From the NCBI GenBank assembly GCA_965213925.1, contig OZ243927.1:3232001-3296000 (forward strand): DNA of 64,000 nt, in the 5' to 3' direction. Numbering within the stretch: the first letter of the stretch is position 1; each line of letters begins with the position of its first letter. Of the stretch, positions 1-8,658 are shown piece by piece. This DNA comes from Trueperaceae bacterium. GTDB lineage: Bacteria; Deinococcota; Deinococci; Deinococcales; Trueperaceae. The position numbers were made by a program, and so were the translations under genes. The notes beneath the pieces are model-generated. The model saw only the letters and a list, made by a program, of their open reading frames with translations, made no database searches and had not been told where the DNA came from.

Positions 1-285
1 GTAAAGCCGTTCGCTCTCCTCGGCCCTAAATCGTCCCTCAGCGAAGCGTCGATGTAGAGTGGCCTCTGACAAACCAAGGTAGCTTGCTAACGATTTTTGG
101 GAGACACCCAGGAGGGACTGAAGCCGACCGAAGGTGTCAGCCGGTAAGCCCTGCTCGAGCCGCTCGAGCAGCTCGCCCGTAGTATTGACACTTAAGCCCA
201 AACCAGTTCCGTACCGGTTTGAGCCCTGCTCTCCGGGTACGAAGGGTGTAAACATCATATCTGCCACCTCAACCACCTCTTTCAT
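1..285 (-). CDS. Xre/MbcA/ParS-type antitoxin of a RES-Xre type II TA system, partial (runs off window start)
   Basis: Not in ORF track; my translation: MKEVVEVADMMFTPF...LLERLEQGLPADTFGRLQSLLGVSQKSLASYLGLSEATLHRRFAEGRFRAEESERLY, the HTH + 'ESERL' pattern of this family. Alternative start at 258. Confidence 0.75.
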   Translation of the reverse strand, partial: MKEVVEVADMMFTPFVPGEQGSNRYGTGLGLSVNTTGELLERLEQGLPADTFGRLQSLLGVSQKSLASYLGLSEATLHRRFAEGRFRAEESERLY

Positions 286-338
286 ATGACAAGTATATCA
301 CTTTCGTATGAGGGTAGGGTGCGCACTTCTTCCCAACT

Positions 339-1229
339 TTATTGCGGAAAGTGCCGTCTATAGAGCATCTGCCGCGACTCCCCGGAGAGGTTGACGTAGA
401 GCTGCGTAGTTGTGGGCGAGGCATGATCAAGAATCGACTGCACGGCAGCGATAGGCGCGCCTTGGTTTAAGAGCAGCGTGGCTAGCGTATGGCGCAGCAC
501 GTGCGGCGTCACTTTCTCCTCTAAACCGCACCGCTTTGCTACGCGCTTGAAGATGCGCTGTATCTGCGAGGTGCTGAGACGTTGATGCTCCAAAGTCCCG
601 CTATGCTGACGTCTCCGTCGCTTCGTAGCGAACAGGGCGAGGCAGTTGTCTGAACGGCTGTCCAGATATCGTTTAAGCCACAGCGCCGCTTTCGCCCCGA
701 AGTACACTTCTCGCTCTTTGTTGCCCTTACCTAGCACAACGACGCTCCGGCGTGACCAGTCGAGGTCGATTCTGTCAAGTTGATGTATCTCGCTGACTCT
801 GCAACCCGTGGCGAAGAAAAACTCGATAAGGGCGTGCTCCAATAGATTCTCACAGGCGTCTCTGAGCAACTCGATCTCTTCTACCGAAAGCGCTTTCGGG
901 ATTCGTGCGGGTAGGCGCGGTTCTCGGAGTTTCAGCGCGGGGTTGCGCTCCAATATCTCCTCTTCATAGAGCCACTTGAAAAAGATTTTGAGGGCGCGGA
1001 CTTTGTTCGCTAAACTCGACGTTTGCAGATGTGTCAAGCTTGTGAGGTGAGCGCGCAGGTGCTCAAGCTTTACTGTCTCAACAGGGGTTTCGCCTCCAGC
1101 ATCCAACATCAAGCGCTTCAGATGCAGCTTGTACGAGTAGAGCGTCCTGTCGCTGTAACCGTCCAACTTCCTGGCTTTCAAATATGCCTGAATACAACTC
1201 GCTAAAGTGAGAACTTTTTGCTCGTCCAT
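339..1229 (-). CDS. Tyrosine recombinase/integrase (XerC/XerD-like)
   Basis: TGCRVSE, GKGNKER, HVLRH and TTQLY catalytic motifs with N-terminal SAM-like domain; ATG at 1229 follows a GGAGG RBS. Confidence 0.93.
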   Translation of the reverse strand: MDEQKVLTLASCIQAYLKARKLDGYSDRTLYSYKLHLKRLMLDAGGETPVETVKLEHLRAHLTSLTHLQTSSLANKVRALKIFFKWLYEEEILERNPALKLREPRLPARIPKALSVEEIELLRDACENLLEHALIEFFFATGCRVSEIHQLDRIDLDWSRRSVVVLGKGNKEREVYFGAKAALWLKRYLDSRSDNCLALFATKRRRRQHSGTLEHQRLSTSQIQRIFKRVAKRCGLEEKVTPHVLRHTLATLLLNQGAPIAAVQSILDHASPTTTQLYVNLSGESRQMLYRRHFPQ

Positions 1230-1407
1230 AAAAAACCTCCGAGCCGTAGTCTGCACGGAGGTTGACGTCAGCATGTTTTCGAGGGGTGATAGCAATGCGC
1301 CAGACGCGCGCGTTAATTGCACAATAGATCATCTTACAAGTTCGTCACAAAACCTTTTCTACTATTCAGTGCTGGCAACATAAAAAGCTGCTCTCCAAAT
1401 GTACGCG

Positions 1408-1427
1408 GAATTAACTGGATAGACCAA
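1408..1427 (-). mobile_element. Orphan copy of the IS630 left terminal sequence
   Basis: GAATTAACTGGATAGACCAA matches 17/20 with 5275-5294 in the same orientation. Confidence 0.6.
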
Positions 1428-1652
1428 CAAATGTCCGGCCTCGAACCGCTGAAGTGAGCAAATAGCCCTTATGTAAACCTTCTCCTTTTTCCACCAGTTT
1501 TCTATAGAAGACACCAAAAACTTGTCAGCACGGCGACACCTTCGTTTGTGTCGCGAGGGCCGGCACAGCGTTCGCCTACAGTTTGCCGAAGGCGGCGTGC
1601 AGCGTTTTGACCAGCTTTTATCTCTACACCCAAGCCGACCCGACGCGCCAAG

Positions 1653-3848
1653 CTAAGGCGCTAGGCGCTTCTCTCGCAACCTAAGCACCGTTTCGACCTC
1701 CGGCTCCGCTGCGGCATCCCGAGCGAGCCGAACGCGGTAGTCGCCCTCAGCTACAGTCCAGCCGGGGGTATCCGGGTCGTAGGACGCCATCACGCGCAGC
1801 TCGTCGCAGATGATGCGCACCGTTGCCGACTGACCCGGCTCGAGCGCAACGCGCGCCCAGCCCGCGAGACGGAAGGTTGGCTCGTTCGCCCCAGCTGGCT
1901 CTACGGATGGCGGCGCGACGTACACCTGCGGTGTGTCGATGCCCGAATGCTTGCCCGCGTTGCTCACCGTCAGCGACGCCTCGATCAGCCCGTCGCCATT
2001 CACCGCAACGGTGACATTGCTGTAGTCAAAGTGCGTGTAGGATAGACCGAACCCGAATGGAAACCTCGCCGGTCGCCCCTCACGCGCGTGCCAACGGTAG
2101 CCGATATCCACGCCCTCGATGTCGTAGTCGACACCGACATAGTCGCCCTGGCGCGGCTGACCCGGGAAGGACGTTGTGTTTTCAGGAGAGCGCATCTCCG
2201 GGCGCGGCAGGTCTGCCTCACTGATCGGGAAGCTGACCGGCAGCCGACCCGAAGGCGTGACCTCTCCCGACAGCACATCAGCGACCGCCTGCGCCCCCGC
2301 AGTGCCGCCATACCACGCGGCTAGCACCGCTGACACGTCGTCCAACCAGGGCATTACCACTGCTCCAGGCGTTTCCAGAACCACCACCGTGCGAGGCACC
2401 CTCGCCGCTACCCCAGCGACCAAGTCATCTTGAGTTCCGTCCAAAGCGAGATCGGGGGCGTCCCAGCCTTCGGTAGCCCACTTCTCAGCGAGGACGACGG
2501 CGACGTCGTCCTCGCGCAGCGCCGTCAGGTCGTCGCCCAGGAACACGACTTCATTCTCGCTGAAGCGTTCTTTTATTGTATTGAGTGGTGAAGGTCCGTG
2601 GTAGATGCGCGGGAACTCCATCTGCGGAACGCGCATCCCCTCTCTCTTGGTGTGTTCGGGCGGCGTCACCGCCGAGCTTCCGCCACCCGAAAGCACTCCG
2701 AGGTCGGCATTCTTGCCGAGCACGGCGATACGTCCTTGCGGCGGGTTCAGCGGCAGGATACCGTCGTTTTTTAGCAGCACAAGCGACTGCTCAGCGACCC
2801 TCTGTGCGACCTCCAGGTGGCGTGGCAGCGGGGCGGGGCTCTGCAGCCGACGGCCCTCTAGCGCGCCGACGGAGTGCAGCGCAGCGAGGATGCGCGTCAC
2901 CATATCGTCCAGCCGCGCCTCGCTGACCCTACCCTCGGTCACCGCGCGCTTCAGCGGCTCGCCGAAAAAGTGCGCCGTGTCCAGGTCCCAACCCGACTGC
3001 CGGTCTAATCCGGCCCACGCTGCATGATCGGTTGAATGGGTCGCGCCCCAGTCCGACATGACGAAGCCCTTGAACTGCCAGTCGCCCTTGAGAACCGTAG
3101 TGAGCAGGAAATGACTTTCTGACGCGTAGACCTTGTTGACCATATTGTAGCCAGTCATGATCGAGCGCGGCTGACCGTGTTCGGTGGCGATTTGGAACGA
3201 GAGCAGGTCGGACTCGCGCAGCGCCTTTTCGCTGATGTCCGAGCTGACCATCACTCGTCCGGTCTCCTCGGGGTTGATGGCGAAGTGCTTGAGCGTCGAG
3301 AGTACCCCCTGCGACTGGATGCCTGCGACGGACGCCCCCGTGAGCAACCCGGTATGTAGCGGGTCCTCGCCCACATATTCAAAGATGCGCCCGCCGCGCG
3401 GCTCGCGGATTAGGTTCATGCCTCCGGCAAGCTGGACGGCAAAGCCCAGGTGCCGCGACTGAGCGCCGACAGCCTCGCCCACCGCGTGCGCTGCGTCACG
3501 GCAGAAGGTCGCGCCGAGGGCGATCAGCGAGGGGAAAGCGGTGACGTCCTCTTGACCACGGACGTTGTTGGGGTTGGTGACCCCCATGCTGGCGTCGCTC
3601 TCGTCCCACATGGGGATGCCTAAGCGAGGCACGCCGGGCGTGGCTGCAGCCGAGCCGTGCGCGCCTTCCGGCGCTCCATCCGCCGCCATCGGAGCCGACG
3701 CGAGCGCGACCTTTTCGTCCAGGGTCATCTGGGCGACCAGCGCTTTGGCTGCCGACCAGTCGTCCTGCCAGCCAGCCCACGGTCCGGATTCGGTGTGGAA
3801 ACGACAGGTTATCTCTGTAGTCATTATCTCCCCCGTTTCTCTTGCCAC
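1653..3848 (-). CDS. Glycoside hydrolase family 3 beta-glucosidase
   Basis: KHFAIN and FVMSDWGA (nucleophile Asp) motifs, PSGRLPVSFP, FPFGFGLSYT, FN3-like C-terminus. True start may be 3824. Confidence 0.93.
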   Translation of the reverse strand: MARETGEIMTTEITCRFHTESGPWAGWQDDWSAAKALVAQMTLDEKVALASAPMAADGAPEGAHGSAAATPGVPRLGIPMWDESDASMGVTNPNNVRGQEDVTAFPSLIALGATFCRDAAHAVGEAVGAQSRHLGFAVQLAGGMNLIREPRGGRIFEYVGEDPLHTGLLTGASVAGIQSQGVLSTLKHFAINPEETGRVMVSSDISEKALRESDLLSFQIATEHGQPRSIMTGYNMVNKVYASESHFLLTTVLKGDWQFKGFVMSDWGATHSTDHAAWAGLDRQSGWDLDTAHFFGEPLKRAVTEGRVSEARLDDMVTRILAALHSVGALEGRRLQSPAPLPRHLEVAQRVAEQSLVLLKNDGILPLNPPQGRIAVLGKNADLGVLSGGGSSAVTPPEHTKREGMRVPQMEFPRIYHGPSPLNTIKERFSENEVVFLGDDLTALREDDVAVVLAEKWATEGWDAPDLALDGTQDDLVAGVAARVPRTVVVLETPGAVVMPWLDDVSAVLAAWYGGTAGAQAVADVLSGEVTPSGRLPVSFPISEADLPRPEMRSPENTTSFPGQPRQGDYVGVDYDIEGVDIGYRWHAREGRPARFPFGFGLSYTHFDYSNVTVAVNGDGLIEASLTVSNAGKHSGIDTPQVYVAPPSVEPAGANEPTFRLAGWARVALEPGQSATVRIICDELRVMASYDPDTPGWTVAEGDYRVRLARDAAAEPEVETVLRLREKRLAP

Positions 3849-4192
3849 CTGATTCTAAAGGAGCACGGGTATAGAGCACCTATGCCGGTCATACAGGTAA
3901 CCTAGATAGGGGAAGGATCGGCACGCCGTCTGACCGTTTCGCAATCGGATGAGACCATTGTTGGTTCGTCCATTAAAAAGCGCTCACGGTAGGGAGGGCG
4001 GCGACGCCAAACTTACGCGGCGTGCGGTGGCGTCTTCTTCTGCCCCAAACGTAAGGGTGCTTGTGGTCATTCCAGTAGGCAGTGGCTCTTCGAATGGGCT
4101 CAACCATCTCGGTCCAGACCTCGAAGCGCCTGCCTTTGAGAGCTAAAGAGCGTAACGTCTTCCACCAGGGCTCGGTGAGGTTGAGATACCCC

Positions 4193-4256
4193 TAGGTGAT
4201 CGCCGCTAGGCGAATCCGGTCCTGTGCCCTGCGAAGCGGGTATTGTCGGTAACCTA
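4193..4256 (-). mobile_element. Micro-element E2 (64 bp insertion in transposase)
   Basis: AGGTTACCGACAAT...GGACC...GCGATCACCT splits the PKYA|GYLNL motif and shifts the frame. Confidence 0.75.
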
Positions 4257-4725
4257 GCGTACTTGGGCTGGAAGACGAACTCCCACCTGGGGTGAGCCAG
4301 ACTAAAAAGGAGCACGTCGTAAGAGCTGTGCATGTAGAGATTGTCGATGATGGCGTAGATGTGCTTGACCTCGGGCGGGACCCACTGCTCGACCTTTCCC
4401 AGAAACTCGGTATAGTGCCCGCCGATGCGGCGCGGGACCATCTCAGTGAATACTGCGCCTGAGGCGGGTTCTAATGCGCCGAAGACGAAACCACCTTTCG
4501 GGCGATGTGTATAGTCAAGCGCGACTTTCGCGCGTCCGGCGGGGGGTCCACGAATTTTGGTCAGCTCCTTACCTTCATATGTTCTTGAGGCGAGCGGTCC
4601 CATCTCGTCTATGCAGAGGACGACGTTGTTCTCTGGTGGGTCGGTGTAGAGCTGTAGGGTGGCACCCTTTTTTCAGCGAACTCGGGGTCCACCTTTTGTC
4701 CATACCACCCTCCTTGTTGTCGCCA

Positions 4726-4791
4726 AAGGTTACCGCCAACGGCGGCTAGCGGGAGCGGGACCACGCGACTTCGCTTTACGCGATCACCTGT
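4726..4791 (+). mobile_element. Micro-element E1 (66 bp in-frame insertion in transposase)
   Basis: AGGTTACCGCCAAC...GGACC...GCGATCACCT adds 22 foreign codons between EGLR and WRQQ. Confidence 0.75.
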
Positions 4792-5329
4792 CCTGAGCCC
4801 CTCGTTCCTGAAGATTTCGCTCATGCGACTGCGCCCCATCATGATGCCTTCCTCTTCGCTGAGATACGCTACCAGCCTATCTAAGGTCCAAGAGCCGAAA
4901 GGTAGTCCTAGCTCATCAGGTTTCGTTAAAGCCGTTTGAATAACAGTGCCGACATGCTCGCTTTTGTAGATGTGAGGTCGCCCGTGACGCGGGCTTTCTT
5001 CTAAACCAGGAATACCCAGCTTCGTGAAGCGGTTCACCCACTTGCGCACCGTCTGGTGGTGTAGCTCGAGCTTCTCGGCAACCTCGTGCACTGACAGCCC
5101 TAAGTTCGACTGCAAGACAATCCGCGCCCGACGCACTTTGCTCACACCCATCGTCCTCGAACGTTCCCACCTTTTAAGTTCTTGATACTCTTCTTCGGTT
5201 AGCCGACGAACACGGGCATACGGGCGCACGGCTCACCTCCACTAGAATTGAGAACTCTAGCTTAGTCCTGAGTCGAATTAACTGGATGAGCCAATAACTG
5301 TTTGCGTTGAGCGGTGCCCTAAGGCGCGC

Positions 5330-5905
5330 TCAACGATCCGATGACGCCTGGGGTAGACCTCTTAGCGGTGCCAAACCGCGCTGAGCCGCGTCACGAAGTT
5401 TCTCCCACCCCACCTGCCCTAAAGGTTCCACGCTGCTCGTTAGCCAGCCCTCAACCTCAGCCGCGGCTGCACGTGCCGCAGTTGCCTCTTTAGGCGTAAT
5501 CAACCCCGCCGCGCACGCCGCCGCGAACTCATCCTCGTCGTCCACGACCACGCGACCATCCGGTCCCCGGTAGGGGTCAAGCTCAAGGTCCACGAACCTC
5601 CACTCGCCGCCGAGAAGCCCGGGCGGCGTGCACACCTCCATGCTGACGAACGCCCCCGCACCTTCGGCAGTCCACTGCGCCATCCACCAACCGGACAACG
5701 GGATTAGATGCAACACCGCCAAACCGGATGGACGTGTGCCCTGCCCGACCTCGCACTCCGCAATCGCCCCACCGACCTCCGCCCGGTATAAACTCCCCGG
5801 TGGGGTGAATAGCCGGAGGCCGAAACCGTCGCGGTCGAACTCGTTGGCAGACCAGCGCGCGAAGCCCTTCGACCGCTTGATCTTCCGTATCACTGTCGTC
5901 CTCAA
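5330..5905 (-). CDS. DUF402 domain protein
   Basis: WW..W and EVCTPP...FVDLELD...VVDDEDEF pattern typical of DUF402. Confidence 0.7.
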   Translation of the reverse strand: MRTTVIRKIKRSKGFARWSANEFDRDGFGLRLFTPPGSLYRAEVGGAIAECEVGQGTRPSGLAVLHLIPLSGWWMAQWTAEGAGAFVSMEVCTPPGLLGGEWRFVDLELDPYRGPDGRVVVDDEDEFAAACAAGLITPKEATAARAAAAEVEGWLTSSVEPLGQVGWEKLRDAAQRGLAPLRGLPQASSDR

Positions 5906-6250
5906 GGCTGTACCTCGCTAGCGACGTAACTAGGGATCATCAGCTCTTTTGCTCGCTTCAGCGCAACGCGAAGGTGCACGGTGTGCTACGAGTTGTCCAG
6001 CGGGTTCTCCTAAAGTACCTGTTAGGAAGAGACCGCTGCTAAACACCCTCGGAGGCGCATGAGCTCCCAGACATACCTTTGACAGAGTAAATCACTTCAA
6101 TGGTTCGGACAGGTATTGCTATTAAGAAAGCCATCACGCTAGTTTGGATGTGTGACCAAACAAAAGAGCAGTGATGGCTTAACACGAATAATAGAGCACG
6201 CCCGATTCTGTTTCCGAAACTTGGTATTCGTGGTAGCATTGCAATATGCA

Positions 6251-6333
6251 TAGGTTGTAAAGCAACCCTGAAAACTGGGTTGTAACGCAACTCTAAAAAA
6301 CTGCAGTTTTTTAAATACTGTATATCAACTCTA
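6251..6333. repeat. Tandem ~25 bp palindromic repeats plus a perfect palindrome at the island boundary
   Basis: AGGTTGTAAAGCAACCCT, GGGTTGTAACGCAACTCT, AAAAAACTGCAGTTTTTT, partial third CAACTCTAAA. Confidence 0.6.
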
Positions 6334-6389
6334 AATATGACAGCGTTTAACCCTGCGCTTAAACTTTGGCGAAGAGGTACGATGCAGGC

Positions 6390-7295
6390 ATGGGTCAGCC
6401 AGCCAACGCGCGCCTCTATCTCGTCTTGGGTTGCGGCGTCATCGCCGTAAGTCTAGCCGCCATCTTTATCCGCTTAGCCGACGCGCCCGGCGTAGTCGTG
6501 GCGGCGTACCGGATGGTCATCGCCAGCCTCGTTTTGCTCCCTTGGACGGTCAAGGCGCTTAGAAAAACGCCGCTTACGAAAGAGAACATAGGTTACACGC
6601 TCCTCGCGGGTCTCTTCTTAGGCGCGCACTTTGCTACCTGGATCACCTCTTTGTCGTATACGACGGTCGCGGCGAGCGTTGTTTTGGTCACCACAAATCC
6701 GCTTTGGATGGCGCTCTTTAGCTGGATTTTTCTAGGACTCGCGCCCTCATTCACCGTCTTGATGGGCGTACTCATCGCAGTCTTAGGCGGCGCGCTCATC
6801 GGTTTTGGCGACCTGAGCGGCGGGAGTGCGCCGCTTTTAGGCGACACGCTCGCGCTCTTAGGCGCGGTCTTCGTGTCGGCGTATCTACTTTTAGGGCGTG
6901 CGGCGCAGCGGCGCGGGTTGTCCCTCCAGGCGTATATCGGCGTGGCGTACGCGGTCGCTGCGCTTGTCCTTGTGCCTCTGCCGCTTCTCCTCGGTCTTCC
7001 CTATACCGGTTACAGCGTGGAGACGTTTTTTTGGATCGCGCTTTTGGCGCTCGTGCCGCAGCTTATCGGGCATACGTCCTTTAACTACGTGGTGAAACAT
7101 TTAGACCCAACCTTTGTTGCCACGGTGACCTTGTTGGAGCCGATTGGCTCGAGCCTCCTAGCCCTCCTCCTCTTTAGTGAAATTCCTGCGCTCCTCACCG
7201 TTTTAGGGGGGTTTATCCTGCTCTTCGGCGTCGCCCTCACCACACGCAACAGCCGCGCCGCGAAGCCAGCAGTGAACCAAGCCGCGTCGGACTGA
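6390..7295 (+). CDS. DMT/EamA family transporter
   Basis: About 10 hydrophobic segments, two EamA repeats (ALVPQLIGHTSFN, LLEPIG); leaderless TACGAT-N6-ATG. Confidence 0.9.
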   Translation: MGQPANARLYLVLGCGVIAVSLAAIFIRLADAPGVVVAAYRMVIASLVLLPWTVKALRKTPLTKENIGYTLLAGLFLGAHFATWITSLSYTTVAASVVLVTTNPLWMALFSWIFLGLAPSFTVLMGVLIAVLGGALIGFGDLSGGSAPLLGDTLALLGAVFVSAYLLLGRAAQRRGLSLQAYIGVAYAVAALVLVPLPLLLGLPYTGYSVETFFWIALLALVPQLIGHTSFNYVVKHLDPTFVATVTLLEPIGSSLLALLLFSEIPALLTVLGGFILLFGVALTTRNSRAAKPAVNQAASD

Positions 7296-7685
7296 GTAGA
7301 GAGTCGAAAGCAATGAGTCGTGAGATAAGAGGTTTTTACTTTTAACTCGTTGCTCGTTGCTACCTTATACGGAATTGCATAACTTACTTAGCTTTACGGA
7401 GGCGTTTTAACTTACCGTCACGAGAGACCGCACCACATACTGCACGCTTTCCGTGTAAAAATCTTCATACTCTGTAAGCTGATGCTAGTAAATGGACGAG
7501 AAATTTGTTACAATAATGCACGTGGTTGTGCTTTTTATCCCTTCCTCGTCAAAGCAAAACGCACACCTAACCATCCCAGAGACAATCTATCCAGCAGTTC
7601 TTGACTCAACTTTCAACACGCTGCGTCACTGACACCTCAGCGAGCACCGTGCTGACTAAACCGTGTGAATTAAAGGAGTATACCC

Positions 7686-8192
7686 TTGAAAGAATCACAG
7701 AAAGCTTACAAGAACGGCGACCAGGTCGTTTTGCCCCCTTACGGCGTCGGGGTCGTTTTAGGTACGACGGTGCGTAGCGTAGCAGGCTCGGAATACCAGT
7801 ACTACGAAGTGGACTTTCCCAACGGCACTTCTAAAGCGTTCGTCCCCGTCGCCTCACCTCATGCCGCCGGGTTACGTCCCGCGCTCACTAAAAAAGAAGT
7901 GCAAGGGGTTTTAGAGCGCCTCAGCAATGGACGCATCAACCTCCCCAAGCAGTGGGCCGCGCGTCACCGCCGCGTCACCGAGATTCTTTCAAGTGGCGAC
8001 CCCTACCAAATCGCCACTTTAGCGAGCGAACTGCGCCGCTGGGACCTAGAGCGTGGTCTACCTGACCTGGACCGCCAAGCCTACCGCCGCTCCTTACGCC
8101 TCTTGGCGGGTGAAATTAGCGCGGTTTTAGGCATCACCGCCAAGGAAGCGCGCAATATGATGGACGCGGGCGACGACGACGATTTGAACTAG
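7686..8192 (+). CDS. carD: CarD family transcription regulator
   Basis: GDQVVLPPYGVGVV N-terminal RID, AGLRPAL, LPKQWAARHR (conserved Trp); AAGGAG RBS before TTG. Confidence 0.92.
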   Translation: MKESQKAYKNGDQVVLPPYGVGVVLGTTVRSVAGSEYQYYEVDFPNGTSKAFVPVASPHAAGLRPALTKKEVQGVLERLSNGRINLPKQWAARHRRVTEILSSGDPYQIATLASELRRWDLERGLPDLDRQAYRRSLRLLAGEISAVLGITAKEARNMMDAGDDDDLN

Positions 8193-8213
8193 ACATACTC
8201 AAGCACGTTTTTA

Positions 8214-8244
8214 TTAGACCAAGGTTATCTTGGTCTATTTTTTT
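8214..8244 (+). terminator. Intrinsic terminator after carD
   Basis: TAGACCAAG-GTTAT-CTTGGTCTA followed by a T-run. Confidence 0.75.
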
Positions 8245-8262
8245 GCTTAGAAAGAGGTCGAG

Positions 8263-8577
8263 ATGGAATTCACTGAGTTAATACGCCGTGCAGGGGAAGT
8301 TAGAACGCTCTACGCCAAGTTCGAAGAGGTCAAGTACGGGCGAAGTTGGACCACTGAGGAGCTTGCGTTAGGGTTTATGGGAGACGTAGGGGATTTGGCA
8401 AAGCTCGTTCAAGCTATGAATGGTGTAAGAGATATTCCTGATGCTAGAAAGAAGCTGGGGCACGAACTCGCTGACTGCTTATGGTCGGTGATTGTATTAG
8501 CACAGGCGCGTGAGGTCGACTTAGAGGCGGCGTTTCTTAAGACGATGGATGAGTTGGAGGTACGCTTAACAAAATAG
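8263..8577 (+). CDS. MazG-like nucleotide pyrophosphohydrolase
   Basis: GDVGDLAK...HELADCLWS helix motifs. Confidence 0.8.
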   Translation: MEFTELIRRAGEVRTLYAKFEEVKYGRSWTTEELALGFMGDVGDLAKLVQAMNGVRDIPDARKKLGHELADCLWSVIVLAQAREVDLEAAFLKTMDELEVRLTK

Positions 8578-8658
8578 GAACTTCCGGTACTTATCGGTCG
8601 TACAAATTGAGCATAACCACGCTAGACACAAGATTAGCTCGCCGCTTATAATCCGCAG

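Larger units (their letters stand above)
3973..5229 (-). pseudogene. IS630 transposase with -1 frameshift site, interrupted by two short insertions
   Basis: HTH N-terminus; A AAA AAG slippery site at 4667-4673; DDE residues IDEMGP / IDNLYMH / NLTEPWW; frame restored when 4193-4256 and 4726-4791 are removed. Confidence 0.85.
3961..5294 (-). mobile_element. IS630-family insertion sequence
   Basis: Imperfect terminal IRs (TTGGTTCGTCCATTAA at 3961; TTGGCTCATCCAGTTAA at 5294 on minus), TA next to the left end, HTH+DDE transposase inside. Confidence 0.85.

Noticed and set aside
3893..3905. ACAGGTAACCTAG resembling the micro-element ends
   Set aside because: No matching GCGATCACCT partner end at ~60 bp on either strand; may be chance.
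5305..5335. Hairpin after DUF402 as an integron attC site
   Set aside because: Lacks a proper RYYYAAC/GTTRRRY pair and the recombinase shows no clear IntI-specific features; more likely a terminator-like hairpin.
6039..6290. 83-aa ORF
   Set aside because: AT-rich junction DNA with no RBS or recognisable pattern; overlaps the repeat array.
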